Below are positions 55,601 through 63,836 of a stretch of 64,000 nucleotides of DNA, piece by piece; position 1 is the stretch's first letter, and each line of letters starts with the position of its first letter. This stretch comes from Octopus sinensis (taxonomy: Eukaryota): positions 103,788,001 to 103,852,000 of the forward strand of contig NC_043000.1 in the NCBI RefSeq assembly GCF_006345805.1. Direction: 5' to 3'. The translations under genes and the position numbers were made by a program. The notes below the pieces were generated by a model. That model saw nothing but the letters and a program-made list of their open reading frames with translations. It was not told the DNA's origin and made no database searches.

Positions 55601-58600
55601 TAGAAAGTTCTCCTCCAAGATACAAGTCCAGGCAAGGTTGTTTATGGAACCCTGCATACCGACCCCATCATCCTTTCCACACCGTTGATGTTATCCAGTG
55701 ACATTGCAGCTCATTTCTACAGCTGACTGAACTGGAGCAACATAGAATGAAGTGTCTTGCTCAATATTAGATGTTTATAAATTATGAAGATATATGTTAA
55801 ATATTGAAATGAATTTAAAAGTTTCCATTACAAAATACTATACATAGTTTAAGATTACTAATTTTGAAATCATAGGAGTGGCAGCTTTTGAAATTTGTTT
55901 AGCCATTTTGAGCCCAATGCTCCAATGACTGAGTCATGCACCTTCACAACAATGTGTAGAGTGAATATACTTTTCTTTTTTTTTTAATATTAAGCATTAT
56001 AAGTATCAGCCTTTTCCCTCATTTTCATCCTTTTTTTTTTCCATTTTAGTTTTATGATCTACAGCTGCAATGTGTTTGCATCATATACATTTAGATCACT
56101 CCTAGAAAGTGGGGAACAGAAAAGAGTCAATAAATAAAGCAATTGTTGATTATTAAACATTTATATTTCTGAATATTCAAATGTGGAAATGTGAGCTTGT
56201 CCTGCTTCAAGAGTATTTTATTACCCTATAATATAACAGAATTCAATTCAAGCTTTTGATTGTTGCATTGTTATTCCAATCCATTATTAGCAAATTGCCA
56301 CTGGTGATAGCTGGAACTTTTCATTGTCTAATGACATGTTTTAACACTAACAAAAGAAATTTCTCATTTGGAAGCAACTCAGTTTAAAATTATATTTTTA
56401 ATTTTTCTTCTTATAATTTTAGTAGATGATGAAGATAGTGATGGAGATGATGGTGTCAGCTTAATGTCTGACCAAACAGAACCAGAGCTGAAGAATATTA
56501 AAGAGGAAGATGAGTGTGAAGATGATTATGATGATGTCAGCCTAGAACATAGGGATACTGACAGTAAATGCAATTTATATCTTTCAGGTGCGTAACTAAC
56601 TCACTGTAGCAGTCGAAGTGATTAGCAGTATAGAGGGAAATAGAGGGAATGTAGTAATTCTGATAATGAATACCAACAATATAGTTATGTGTGTATTAAT
56701 TACTCTTAGTCTTGTCAACTTAGTAGTATATGATTTACTGAGGAGGAGTAATAAAATCGAAACATAATACCATTGAAGCTGGTTTTTCGACTATAAACAC
56801 TTCTAGAGGGAGTTTTATCAACTATTTGTTTGGATAATCTCAGTTGATAGGAGTTTTTCAACTCACTATATTTCATATACGAGACCATACTGTATTTGTT
56901 TTTAGCATGTAGAACATACCCCTAAGGTGTTTTCTCCTTGCCATTTATTTTTTTTATTCTTTCAGACAGTGAGTATCCAGGTTTATATTTTCAAATGTTT
57001 TGTTTTTTTTTTAATGTGGTAGTGTGATTTGAGGGAGATTTGGCTGCTAATTGTAGCAGGGCACTTCAATGGCTAATTTAAGGTATTTGGCTTCTACTTT
57101 GAAAGTGCTAAGTAATAGTTGTTAGAGATTTCTCTTATTTAACCATTACATGGGCACAACTAGGGGTTATGCAGAATCTTCAGGTTTGTTGTGATGAATA
57201 ATTTGTGAGACTATGGCAGGATGATGGGTTGGTTTGGGTTTGTGTTAGTTGAAGGTGCCAAAGGTAAGCATTAATGTATGAGCATATCCAATAGTGTTTT
57301 GAAAATTTCCCAAAGCGGAACTGTTTTTCTTGGGTGTTTTCATTGTGCTTGAAGTAATTTTGTGATTATATCATCATCATCATTGTTTAACGTCCGCTTT
57401 CCATGCTAGTATGGGTTGGACGATTTTGACTGAGAGCTGGCAAACCAGATGGCTGCACCAGGCTCCAATCTTGATCTGGCAGAGTTTCTACAGCTGGATG
57501 CCCTTCCTAATGCCAACTACTCTGAGAGTGTAGTGGGTGCTTTTTACGTGCCACCAGCACGGGGCCAGTCAGGCAGTACTAGCAACGACCTCGCTCGAAT
57601 CTTTTTACACATGCCACCGGCACAGGTGCCAGTAAGGCAACGCTGATAACAATCATGCTCAAATAGTGCCTTTTACGTGCCACCTACATGGAAGCCAGTT
57701 AGCCGCTCTGGCAATGATCATGCTCAGATCAATATATAAAAGTGTTTTAAAACATTTTACATGAACATGGAAGGGATTCTAGAAAAATACAGTTTAGGAT
57801 AGAACAACATGTAGGATATCATTGTCATCATTATCAACATCATCGTCATCATCATCATCATCATAATCATTATCATCATCACCACCATCACTACATTTTC
57901 ATCTGTATCCCTATGTTTGTATGGGTTGTGCAAATCTCCAACACATCATTGCACTACTTGCTGCATTTCTTTATCATCTCCTTTGTGAGTTTCAGCACCA
58001 TTAAATTAGCTTTCATCACTTCTTCCTATGTCTGCCTTGATCTTTCTTTTCCACTAGTCCTTTCTACATTGAATCCCTTGGCACTAATTTACTCACCTAT
58101 CATTAGCAATGAGGTTGTCTCCTTTGCACATTACAACGATTACTCTCATACACAGTTCATCTCCATTTATGTCTTATTTTTCATGCACAATAACGTTACA
58201 CATCCAGCAGATTATACTTACTTTGTTTCATTCCAACTTTCGAATATCCTCTGCATTCAGTGCTCATATTTCATGACCATCTTGCATTACAGCTAATACA
58301 AAGTACTCTTTGCTTGGGGAGAAAAATTCCTTGTCAGTAAAAGTAAGTGCCTCCTGAATTGTGTCCACCCTATTCTAATTCTGGTTATTATACTTTCAAA
58401 ACACCTACCTTCACTGCTGCTTAGATCACCCAGGTAGTAAGCTATTAACTATATCAATAGAGCCTTCCAAGTTTTGTATTGAATTTATTTTACTGGAGCT
58501 CTGACTACTAATTACTCCTGTACATTTATCACAGGCAGAGTTTTTACTCATTGTCTGCCTCTCTTCATTTTCTTTACACCTTGAGTATACTGTATGAAAT

Positions 58601-60223
58601 ATATACCTATTCTTTTTCTGTATATTCAGCTTGATCATTTCCTTGATGGCACCAGAGTCTTGCCTTTTTTCCATTTGAACTTTAGTCTTTGCTAAATCTA
58701 TTCTGAAGCCTCTTGATTCTAGGTTTTGAATTTCTTCTCAAAATCCTCAACAGTCTCTGTTATGTACTGTATCATCAATTCCCACTGGCAACCAATCTTA
58801 AGCTCTTCTGTTATGGCCTGAATGCCTCTAATAAATAGGGTGTTACTGTCAACTGAGCTTTGATGGTCACCTACTTGCACTATAAATTCCTGCTTGAACT
58901 CATTAACAACCTTCACTTTGGTGACTGCATCTCTGTCCTTGGTTTGCACTACTCTCACTAGCCATTTATCTACTCCTAATTTTCTAAATAGTCTGCAGAC
59001 TATAGACTATGGTATCCTGTCAAAGGCCTTCTCTAGATTAACAAATGCTAGGTTGAGAGGCTTATTCTTAGCCAAGTAATTCTCAGCAGTCTCACTATGA
59101 AGAGTGCATTAATAGTACCCCAACCTGGAACAAATCTGAACTACATTTCATTTAAGATTCTCTTCCTAATCAATTGTACTAAGACTCTATTACTTTCATG
59201 ACTTGGTCCATTACTCTGACACCTCCGTAGTTGCTTCCTTCTAGGATATCTCCTTTGCCCTTGTGGTAGTTGATCGTACTGACATATCAGTCATTGAATA
59301 TGACACTTCCCTTAGAAGCTTGAGCCTCATTTTGCCAGAAAGTTTGTGTGTCTCAACAACTATATTATTTTATGCTTGTTTCCATATTAGCATGGGTTGA
59401 ACAAGTTGTCTTTTTCTTTCTTTTAATGGTTTTAGGCATTAGGTCACCATCTTCAAAGAATAATAGTCAATCATATCAACCTCAGGACTTATTTAACCAA
59501 TCTCAATTTAGTAAATGGCTAACTTAACTTTTTGACATAAACAGAAGCAATTTGACACACTTGTTGATACATCATCATCTTCATCATCATCATCATCGTT
59601 TAACATCTGTTTTTCATGCTGGCATGGGTTGGACGGTTTGACTGGGGACTGGCAAGCCAGGAGGCCGCACCATGCTCCAGTCTGATCTGGCAATGTTTCT
59701 CCAGCTGGATGCCCTTCCTAATACCAACCACTTCTTCAGTAAAGCATCATCTTCATAACAATTAAATCATGAAAACATATTACATGTATCTAGATGTTAT
59801 AATGTTCACTGCATTGTAGAAATAATATGGCAAATAAACATCTGGATAGAAAATTTTAACAAATCTTCACACATATATCATGTCATATCATAACACACAC
59901 ACACACATATATATACATCTTACACAAACACCTATTCTCATATTAATAAACACTATTTTGAAAAAGTTTACTCAGAGATGTTATCGGCTTGAAAAAAATA
60001 CGATGGTTTAGTTACTGTTTATATTTAATGTAATGAACATTGGAAAAATCTAACTAGAAATAATTGTGAAAATACTAATGTCATTTCTCTCTTCCATGCA
60101 TAATCATTTTTTTGTTAGTTTTTTATGCTCGTCATATTAAATATATGAATGCTAATTTAACCATTGTTTTCCATATGTGATGTGGTTTGTATATTTTAAA
60201 ATTTATGTATGTATATATATTTT

Positions 60224-60254
<31 letters not shown>

Positions 60255-63200
60255 AACACAGTAGATGATCCACAAGCACTCAAGCAAACTGAGTCCTCAA
60301 CTTGTTCCATTTGTCAAAAGGTTTTACTGAATGCTCATATGTTGTTCACAACAAACGATGATGATGATATATATATAATCAAAATAAGCAACAAGGGTAT
60401 CCAAAGGTAATGCAGTACGATCGTTTCGTGCGACTTCATTTAATTAAACAATGCATTACATCAGTTTTAAAATGTAGAGCAATCATCAGCTGCATATGGA
60501 ATTTTTTAGTTAAATTGAAAAGATCAATTTTTATACTTATTCCGTTTACCAACATCACAAAGGGGGTAAGTAGATAGACAGAGAGACCAGTCTCATCAAC
60601 AGAAACATGGTAGTAAATGATATTTATTCATGGATACACTACTTATCACTGAATTTACTTTGTTATTCAGATTTACTATTGGGGGAGGGGGTTTAATATT
60701 ATTCTATTAAGTCTAGTGGAGACAACACTAAGAAGCTATCTTCTATAGATAGAGGAAGAGACAATTTAATTGGAAGAGCCATATATATATATATATATGT
60801 TATTTTCAAATATATTTTTAGCTTTAATGGAAGAAAATGCTGAGGATGAAGAAGCAAATGCTGATATTTTCTCAAAGCTGGAAGAACGAAGGGAGCAACT
60901 TGAAAACGATGTTGGCGGTGCACTTTTGAAAAAGGTTTACTGGATGATACATGTAAGTAAACTACTTTTGTTTTCCTCCAAGAACTGGAAAGTTGAGAAA
61001 TGATGCATCTTTACCTAGTTATGTTTTAAATTTCACCATTGTTTTCTTGTATTGTCTACTTTTTGATACAGACCATCACTAGTTTCATTGCCTTCTACTG
61101 TTTCATCAAGTTTGAAATGTTTTGAAATAGTATTATCTCTGACAAAAGTGTTGAGTTAGCTAGAGTCCTCAAAGAATTGAAATCATCTACACTATGCAAT
61201 GTAGAGAAAGGTATAGAAGATTTAGTCAAATCCTTTTCTCATTCTGACACAATCTTGGATATTCTTATCATCATCATTTTACATTTGCCTTCCATGCTAG
61301 CATGGGCTGGATAGATTATCACTACCCAAAATCAGTTTTATTTGGAGTTACTGTTCTCCTAGACGGATTGGAAGACCAGATCTTTAAACAATTCGTTTCT
61401 GACATGGTTTCTATGACTGGATACCATTCTTAATACCAACCATTTTATAGTGTACTTTGGATGCATTTTATTGTGGCACCAATGAATTCTCTCCTCACAT
61501 TGTCTCTGTTCTTTCAAGGCAAGAGGGCTAACAGAAGAGAATAATGACCAAGCAGGCAAAAGAACTGAGAGTATAAGTGTGATGTTATGTTATGCTTCTT
61601 CTTATATCCTTACAGGCTAATCTTGTTGAATGGTATGTATTTGATTATCTCTAATGTTGCATTTACAGGACAAACTGCAGGAAGATGACATAGATGATGA
61701 AGAAATAATTAACTTACTGTCTGACAAAGCTGTTTACTACCAGTCAATTGTCCAGTTAGTCCTTGCTGATACAGCCTTCACCAATAGTAAGTCTATAGAA
61801 TTGTTTGATAAAATATATATTATAATTGGTTAATAGAGTATCAGATGATGGCAGTGTACAGTAGTGTAGTATTAGAAAATTACCAAATAATTGTAAACTT
61901 TGTCTTTCTTATTTGCCCCCCCCTCTCTATCTCTCACCTACACACTTTCACCAACATTTTGTCTATCCCTCACTCTCACTAACAAGTTCTCCCATTGAAC
62001 CCTTTCCCTTTACTCACTGCTATCAAAAAACAGTCAGTACCACTAGAAGGTTATCTAGAACTAGATCCTTCTCTTTCACACCACTGCTTTCATTAACTCA
62101 TATACAAAATAATATTTTTGTAGATCATAAATACAGTGCTCCCTCTCTATAATGCGGGTGACGGGGTCCAAGAAAACCAACCACGTTCTATCCGGGGGGA
62201 GGCGATAATAGAAGAAAATGAGATATTTGGTTTGATTAGTAAAGTGCACGAACGAAAAGCAAACACATTCAGTCAAGTTTAACATTTATTATACAATAAA
62301 TTACTTATAAAATATCATGAATTATAGCACTTACAACAACTTTTAAAAAATACTTACTTCTGTAAGTAGTTCCTGTTGACTCTAAAATAAGAATTTTCAA
62401 TAAATGCTTATGAAATACTTTTACATTGCATTTTAGATGTCATGCCACCTAGTGAATGATTTGAAAGCCCTTAAAAGTATGTTTAATTAATAAAGTTACA
62501 TTGTATGAAAGTTCACATTTAATTGTTTTTTTTATTCAGTCATATAAAAGAAGTCTGTCAGCTTCTTCTGGCACAGTCTTTTCCTCATCTTAATCTGTGT
62601 CTGCCTGAGCAGGTTCTTCAGGTGCATGACATGGACTGGTTCATAGTCTTCACACTCAGTGTATTCTATAAGCCACTTGAGGTGTGAGACAGCCTGTGTT
62701 TGTGTCTTGGCTGGGGCTGGTATCTCTGCTTCTTCTGTATCATCTTCTTCTGGCTTATCCTTAATCTGCTCCAGGGAGCACTGTATTATGATTTTTTTTA
62801 AAAACTTTACACATTTCAAACAAAACTAAACCCTATATTTGTCTGTTTTATGCTCATCCTTATTTTGAACCTTATCTTTGTTCTGAGACGTATCAGAACA
62901 AATCATTTATTTGCTCCAGTATTTCCTTGGGTCTCGTATGAAATACTAGTAAGTGTAATTATTGATCAACTTGTACTTTTGTAGATTTATGCAAAGAAAA
63001 TCACTTTAGAGTAATATGAGTAAAGCATTTGTTTTCAGCATAGAGTTTGAAATCCTTAAAATAAAATATTCAAGCCATTTCGTTTATGTACAAAACTAAT
63101 TATTCTTTCAAAAATGTGATAAACCCATTCCAAATAGTTGCTCTCAATTTGCATAACAAGAATTAATATCCATTCTCGTCATTTTACATCTTTTTCCATG

Positions 63201-63802
63201 CTAGCATAGGTTGAACAGATCTGTTCCATCATGGTGTCTCACAACTTGTGCAGTCCCTTTTCATCTTTGTGAGATACAGTACTGAGGTCAGCTTACACCA
63301 ATTTTTCTCCATCTTCCTCTTATGCAAGGTGTTTCCACATAGCTACTGTACTTCTCATACATCACGTGCTTGTACTGCTGCAGTCTTCTCTCCTGCACAT
63401 ACCTACTGATTCGTCTCGTACTCTTTCTCTCTCTCTCAGCTCACCTATTTTCTGTCATTAATGCTCTCTAACATTACACTATAAAGCATACTTGTTCCTT
63501 TCCAGCCTTTGTGATTTCTATGCATTGAGTGTCTATAGTTCACTCCTATGCAACAAAACACTTCAAACACAAGCATCATATAATTCTAAATTCTGCCTTC
63601 ACTTAGAAGAAGCCATTTGTTGCCAACTGTTAAACATGAGATTTCACAGTCAACTTTTGCTTAGTCAAATAGCTTCCTGCTTTATTCGTGATATAGATAT
63701 TTTTCTATACATTGCAGTACAAATTAGCATCAATATTATTTAATGTTTGATTGTAGAATTTGATGATTAAATCCCTTTTATTTATTTTATCTAGGTGACT
63801 AA
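2232..63802 (+). CDS. NEK1: NIMA-related serine/threonine kinase (NEK1 ortholog), 5'-partial spliced gene model of 36 coding exons, 954 aa in window
   Basis: Hand-spliced GT-AG exons with consistent phases give one continuous ORF (2865 nt including TAA). Kinase motifs [30 protein letters not shown] and [12 protein letters not shown] match the NEK1/3/5 group. Non-kinase segments resemble vertebrate NEK1 as recalled ([66 protein letters not shown]), favouring NEK1. Confidence 0.9.
4187..4247 (+). CDS. NEK1: NEK1 window-exon 2 ([20 protein letters not shown])
   Basis: Polypyrimidine tract plus caag| acceptor, |gtaatt donor; kinase subdomains III-IV; phase 0-1. Confidence 0.93.
5298..8240 (+). 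mobile_element. Decayed 5'-truncated Tx1/L1-clade LINE (APE remnant, RT, C-terminal zinc-knuckle region)
   Basis: ORF fragments LVGDW (endonuclease), [47 protein letters not shown]; many stops and frameshifts, internal RT deletion near 6430; ends AATAAA..(TTA)n. Confidence 0.85.
8241..8670. repeat. Unclassified ~430-bp interspersed repeat embedded in (TTA)n
   Basis: Sharp TTA-repeat boundaries on both sides (8229-8240 and 8671-8736), higher GC than flanks, no real ORF. Confidence 0.55.
9263..9413 (+). repeat. Tandem duplication, 76-bp period, each copy ending in (TA)n
   Basis: gacttattgatg(t/c)ttaaccttctatacaatgtacatccctgatgcttattttagga(ta)n starts at 9263 and 9339. Confidence 0.9.
9414..12174 (-). 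mobile_element. RTE-clade LINE, 5'-truncated, ORF2 open except for one frameshift; (ATG)n 3' tail
   Basis: ORF 9930..11651 carries RT motifs [44 protein letters not shown]; ORF 11654..12174 continues upstream via a 1-nt frameshift near 11690; 3'UTR 9414-9929; (TA)n on both sides. Confidence 0.95.
13298..13339 (+). CDS. NEK1: NEK1 window-exon 3 ([15 protein letters not shown]; hinge)
   Basis: ttctag|, |gtaagt; LYIVM.YCEGG motif; phase 1-1. Confidence 0.93.
13870..13925 (+). CDS. NEK1: NEK1 window-exon 4 ([19 protein letters not shown])
   Basis: ctttag|, |gtaagt; phase 1-0. Confidence 0.93.
15223..15306 (+). CDS. NEK1: NEK1 window-exon 5 ([28 protein letters not shown]; catalytic loop)
   Basis: ttctag|, |gtaata; HRD motif; phase 0-0. 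Confidence 0.96.
15732..16409. repeat. Composite rearranged insertion (direct and inverted internal duplications) flanked by a 14-bp direct repeat
   Basis: ~170-bp block at 15741 repeated at 16094; 16035-16096 inverted at 16340-16401; 15909-15957 inverted at 16271-16339; tttatattatttgt at 15732 and 16396. Confidence 0.8.
16570..16829 (+). mobile_element. tRNA-derived SINE (second family) with (ATT)21 tail
   Basis: ctggcagaattgttagc head, ggggtcgataaaataagtacc body, (ATT)n at 16767-16829; partial copies at ~16410-16560 and elsewhere. Confidence 0.75.
16830..17325 (-). mobile_element. Dong/R4-type RLE LINE, 3' fragment
   Basis: [59 protein letters not shown] = restriction-like endonuclease C-terminus; 3' end abuts (TAA)n. 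Confidence 0.8.
17333..17760 (-). mobile_element. Second Dong/R4-type RLE LINE fragment (different subfamily)
   Basis: DFSIQ..QANRPDI (17620-17690) and [39 protein letters not shown]. Confidence 0.75.
18473..18540 (+). CDS. NEK1: NEK1 window-exon 6 ([23 protein letters not shown]; DFG)
   Basis: ttcag|, |gtaact; DFG motif; phase 0-2. Confidence 0.96.
19101..19296 (+). mobile_element. Short 3'-end copy of the RTE family (ATG tail) inside (TA)n
   Basis: Matches the reverse complement of 9414-9600; (TA)n at 19060-19100 and 19295-19360. Confidence 0.8.
19363..19570. mobile_element. MITE-like foldback with a perfect 39-bp inverted repeat
   Basis: acatagaagtaaatatatggtacaacgaagtaccgatat (19363-19401) and its exact reverse complement (19532-19570). 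Confidence 0.8.
20626..20712 (+). CDS. NEK1: NEK1 window-exon 7 ([29 protein letters not shown]; activation loop)
   Basis: tttcag|, |gtttgt; phase 2-2. Confidence 0.95.
21950..22004 (+). CDS. NEK1: NEK1 window-exon 8 ([18 protein letters not shown])
   Basis: caacag|, |gtaagc; subdomain IX; phase 2-0. Confidence 0.95.
22693..22736 (+). CDS. NEK1: NEK1 window-exon 9 ([15 protein letters not shown])
   Basis: Poly-T tract plus ttctag|, |gtaaga; phase 0-2. Confidence 0.92.
23348..23428 (+). CDS. NEK1: NEK1 window-exon 10 ([27 protein letters not shown])
   Basis: ttacag|, |gtaagt; phase 2-2. Confidence 0.92.
24802..24877 (+). CDS. NEK1: NEK1 window-exon 11 ([25 protein letters not shown]; end of kinase domain)
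   Basis: ttccag|, |gtaagt; RPS motif of subdomain XI; phase 2-0. Confidence 0.92.
25436..25520 (+). CDS. NEK1: NEK1 window-exon 12 ([28 protein letters not shown])
   Basis: ttttag|, |gtaaga; open frame; phase 0-1. Confidence 0.8.
26383..26461 (+). CDS. NEK1: NEK1 window-exon 13 ([25 protein letters not shown])
   Basis: tctcag|, |gtgaat; phase 1-2 fits neighbours. Confidence 0.78.
26500..26790. repeat. Degenerate (GAT/AAT)n low-complexity tract
   Basis: Visible trinucleotide repeats; produces spurious D/N/M/I-rich ORFs. Confidence 0.85.
27872..27908 (+). CDS. NEK1: NEK1 window-exon 14 ([13 protein letters not shown]; basic cluster, possible NLS)
   Basis: Poly-T plus tgcag|, |gtaagt; phase 2-0. 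Confidence 0.78.
28223..28267 (+). CDS. NEK1: NEK1 window-exon 15 ([15 protein letters not shown])
   Basis: taacag|, |gtatgg; phase 0-0. Confidence 0.78.
28921..29035 (+). CDS. NEK1: NEK1 window-exon 16 ([38 protein letters not shown])
   Basis: tcatag|, |gtaatc; GxYxxYxxxxDxM motif recalled from NEK1; phase 0-1. Confidence 0.85.
29151..30167 (-). mobile_element. Probable solo LTR (Gypsy-like termini)
   Basis: Minus strand begins aGTTGAGAAAC and ends GGTTCGTAAtA (one mismatch each from TG..CA); CpG-rich, internal 3-copy repeat at 29891-29991; no TSD found. Confidence 0.5.
31329..31395 (+). CDS. NEK1: NEK1 window-exon 17 ([23 protein letters not shown])
   Basis: ttacag|, |gtcagc; phase 1-2. 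Confidence 0.75.
31647..31825 (+). mobile_element. tRNA-derived SINE copy
   Basis: ggcacaagtatggctgtgtggtaagaagcttgcttccc head; (GT)n end. Confidence 0.75.
32912..33005 (+). CDS. NEK1: NEK1 window-exon 18 ([31 protein letters not shown])
   Basis: tcatag|, |gtaaga; resembles the NEK1 VEEFLQRKREAMQNK segment; phase 2-0. Confidence 0.85.
33177..33500 (+). mobile_element. tRNA-derived SINE copy
   Basis: tgtgtggtaagaagtttgtttcccaaccacatg..ggttcagtccc head and body shared with other copies. Confidence 0.75.
34073..34106 (+). CDS. NEK1: NEK1 window-exon 19 ([11 protein letters not shown])
   Basis: Long pyrimidine tract plus gtacag|, |gtaagt; phase 0-1 needed to link neighbours. Confidence 0.75.
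34550..34760. repeat. Compound (AT)n/(AC)n microsatellite
   Basis: Directly visible. Confidence 0.9.
35058..35071 (+). promoter_or_regulatory. Candidate RFX X-box (TTTGCC-CT-AGTAAC) in a CpG-rich intronic island
   Basis: CCTAGTAAC fits CCTRGYAAC; 13-of-14-type match to GTNRCC-N0-3-RGYAAC (first base mismatched); function inferred only. Confidence 0.3.
35458..35522 (+). CDS. NEK1: NEK1 window-exon 20 ([22 protein letters not shown])
   Basis: tttcag|, |gtaatt; phase 1-0. Confidence 0.78.
36722..36890 (+). mobile_element. tRNA-derived SINE copy retaining CpGs (young-looking)
   Basis: A box tggctgtgtggt (36733), B box ggttcagtcc (36777). Confidence 0.8.
37399..37680 (+). mobile_element. tRNA-derived SINE copy
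   Basis: Same head and body as 36722 and 33177. Confidence 0.75.
37992..38060 (+). CDS. NEK1: NEK1 window-exon 21 ([23 protein letters not shown]; coiled coil)
   Basis: tttcag|, |gtatgt; resembles NEK1 EYL.RL.QIR.QNF.ERQ; phase 0-0. Confidence 0.87.
38334..38669 (+). mobile_element. CR1-clade LINE 3' end
   Basis: [41 protein letters not shown] is the typical CR1 ORF2 C-terminus; stop at 38514-16, 3'UTR, (ATT)n tail. Confidence 0.88.
40059..40084 (+). CDS. NEK1: NEK1 window-exon 22, 26-nt microexon (QKSNLKQKE)
   Basis: ttccag|, |gtaagt; phase 0-2 required to join the next exon. Confidence 0.72.
40865..40948 (+). CDS. NEK1: NEK1 window-exon 23 ([28 protein letters not shown])
   Basis: tttcag|, |gtatgt; phase 2-2. 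Confidence 0.8.
42043..42400 (+). mobile_element. tRNA-derived SINE copy
   Basis: ggcatgggtgtgtggtaagaaatttgc head; body shared with 33177. Confidence 0.7.
42456..42492 (+). CDS. NEK1: NEK1 window-exon 24 ([12 protein letters not shown])
   Basis: ttctag|, |gtaagt; phase 2-0. Confidence 0.75.
42617..43100 (-). mobile_element. RTE LINE RT fragment
   Basis: Homologous to 11030-11500 of the intact copy (gaattcttcac..gaccaccagataagggatc..gtcaaagg). Confidence 0.85.
43571..44047. mobile_element. Foldback element / MITE with ~151-bp inverted arms
   Basis: 43572-43722 is the near-perfect reverse complement of 43896-44046; termini TA-CAT(G/A)G...CTATG-TA. Confidence 0.85.
45283..45376 (+). CDS. NEK1: NEK1 window-exon 25 ([31 protein letters not shown])
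   Basis: actcag|, |gtaaac; phase 0-1. Confidence 0.8.
45650..46200 (+). mobile_element. Decayed RTE (BovB-like) LINE 3' region
   Basis: Conceptual translation ..[33 protein letters not shown] with stops. Confidence 0.65.
46725..46835 (+). CDS. NEK1: NEK1 window-exon 26 ([37 protein letters not shown])
   Basis: ttttag|, |gtaggt; phase 1-1 (the gtaata donor at 46826 would be out of phase with the next exon). Confidence 0.78.
48276..49517 (-). mobile_element. Full-length decayed mariner transposon (1242 bp) with TA TSD
   Basis: 31-bp TIRs (28/31 match), TA at 48274-75 and 49518-19; transposase start [21 protein letters not shown] at 49345 and [19 protein letters not shown] remnant; multiple stops. 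Confidence 0.92.
49824..50177 (+). CDS. NEK1: NEK1 window-exon 27, 354 nt, S/P/N-rich disordered linker ([10 protein letters not shown]...QPIKPLK)
   Basis: Coincides with ORF 49802..50200; tttcag|, |gtaata; phase 1-1. Confidence 0.82.
51614..51722 (+). CDS. NEK1: NEK1 window-exon 28 ([36 protein letters not shown])
   Basis: ttgtag|, |gtttgt; phase 1-2. Confidence 0.77.
52050..52300. repeat. Degenerate ~30-bp minisatellite (atgtattcacacatatagtgatgtgacag-like), about 6 copies
   Basis: Recurring gtattcac..atagtgatgtga units. Confidence 0.6.
52728..52773 (+). CDS. NEK1: NEK1 window-exon 29 ([16 protein letters not shown])
   Basis: tttcag|, |gtttgt; phase 2-0. Confidence 0.75.
53121..53219 (+). 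CDS. NEK1: NEK1 window-exon 30 ([33 protein letters not shown])
   Basis: tttcag|, |gtgagt; resembles NEK1 MLRTCSLPDLSKLF; phase 0-0. Confidence 0.88.
53444..53514 (+). CDS. NEK1: NEK1 window-exon 31 ([24 protein letters not shown])
   Basis: |gtgagt donor clear; acceptor either tgaag| (53444) or cacag| (53453), both in frame; phase 0-2. Confidence 0.7.
55157..55212 (+). CDS. NEK1: NEK1 window-exon 32 ([18 protein letters not shown])
   Basis: Poly-T plus ttag|, |gtaagt; phase 2-1. Confidence 0.8.
56423..56563 (+). CDS. NEK1: NEK1 window-exon 33, acidic ([47 protein letters not shown])
   Basis: ttttag| (TAGTAG tandem acceptor); donor gtaaat at 56564 or in-frame gtgcgt at 56588; phase 1-1. Confidence 0.78.
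57370..57730 (-). mobile_element. RTE-family 3'UTR copy with (CAT)n tail
   Basis: Collinear with 9414-9790; similar short copies at ~4535, 21410, 36585, 59571, 61265. Confidence 0.8.
57830..59200 (-). mobile_element. Decayed, internally deleted RTE LINE
   Basis: (CAT)n tail, ORF2 C-terminal remnant, and RT remnant (ORFs 58719..58958 [10 protein letters not shown].., 58894..59079 antisense to KAFDR region). Confidence 0.75.
60822..60952 (+). CDS. NEK1: NEK1 window-exon 34 ([43 protein letters not shown])
   Basis: ttttag|, |gtaagt; resembles the NEK1 C-terminal SVFNHLEELRLHLEQEMG..VY segment; phase 1-0. Confidence 0.9.
61669..61786 (+). CDS. NEK1: NEK1 window-exon 35 ([39 protein letters not shown])
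   Basis: ttacag|, |gtaagt; resembles NEK1 ILHLVMADGAY; phase 0-1. Confidence 0.88.
62134..62830 (-). mobile_element. Tigger/pogo-type DNA transposon 3' fragment
   Basis: TA|CAGTGCTCCCTCTCTATAA terminus; ORF 62532..62819 ends in the pogo-type C-terminus ..[14 protein letters not shown]. Confidence 0.7.
63795..63802 (+). CDS. NEK1: NEK1 terminal coding exon (..SD*), start of 3'UTR
   Basis: tttattttatctag|gt gac taa completes the phase-1 codon and stops; AATAAA at 63831. Confidence 0.65.
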
Positions 63803-63830
63803 AGAAATATTTGATAGAAATTTTTACATC

Positions 63831-63836
63831 AATAAA
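63831..63836 (+). terminator. Candidate polyadenylation signal AATAAA
   Basis: AATAAA 28 nt after the predicted stop; AT-rich context makes chance occurrence likely. Confidence 0.3.

Noticed and set aside
61616-61632. Possible microexon (tacag|GCTAATCTTGTTGAATG|gtatgt) before exon 35
   Set aside because: 17 nt breaks the frame and would leave a 36-nt intron; no compensating acceptor found
61787-61840. Read-through of exon 35 to an intronic stop as the true C-terminus
   Set aside because: Strong gtaagt donor and a phase-compatible terminal exon at 63795 are more parsimonious; intron retention cannot be excluded without RNA data
2268-63794. U12-type or non-canonical introns
   Set aside because: All modelled donors are GT without the GTATCCTT signature; the three GTTTGT donors are ordinary U2 variants
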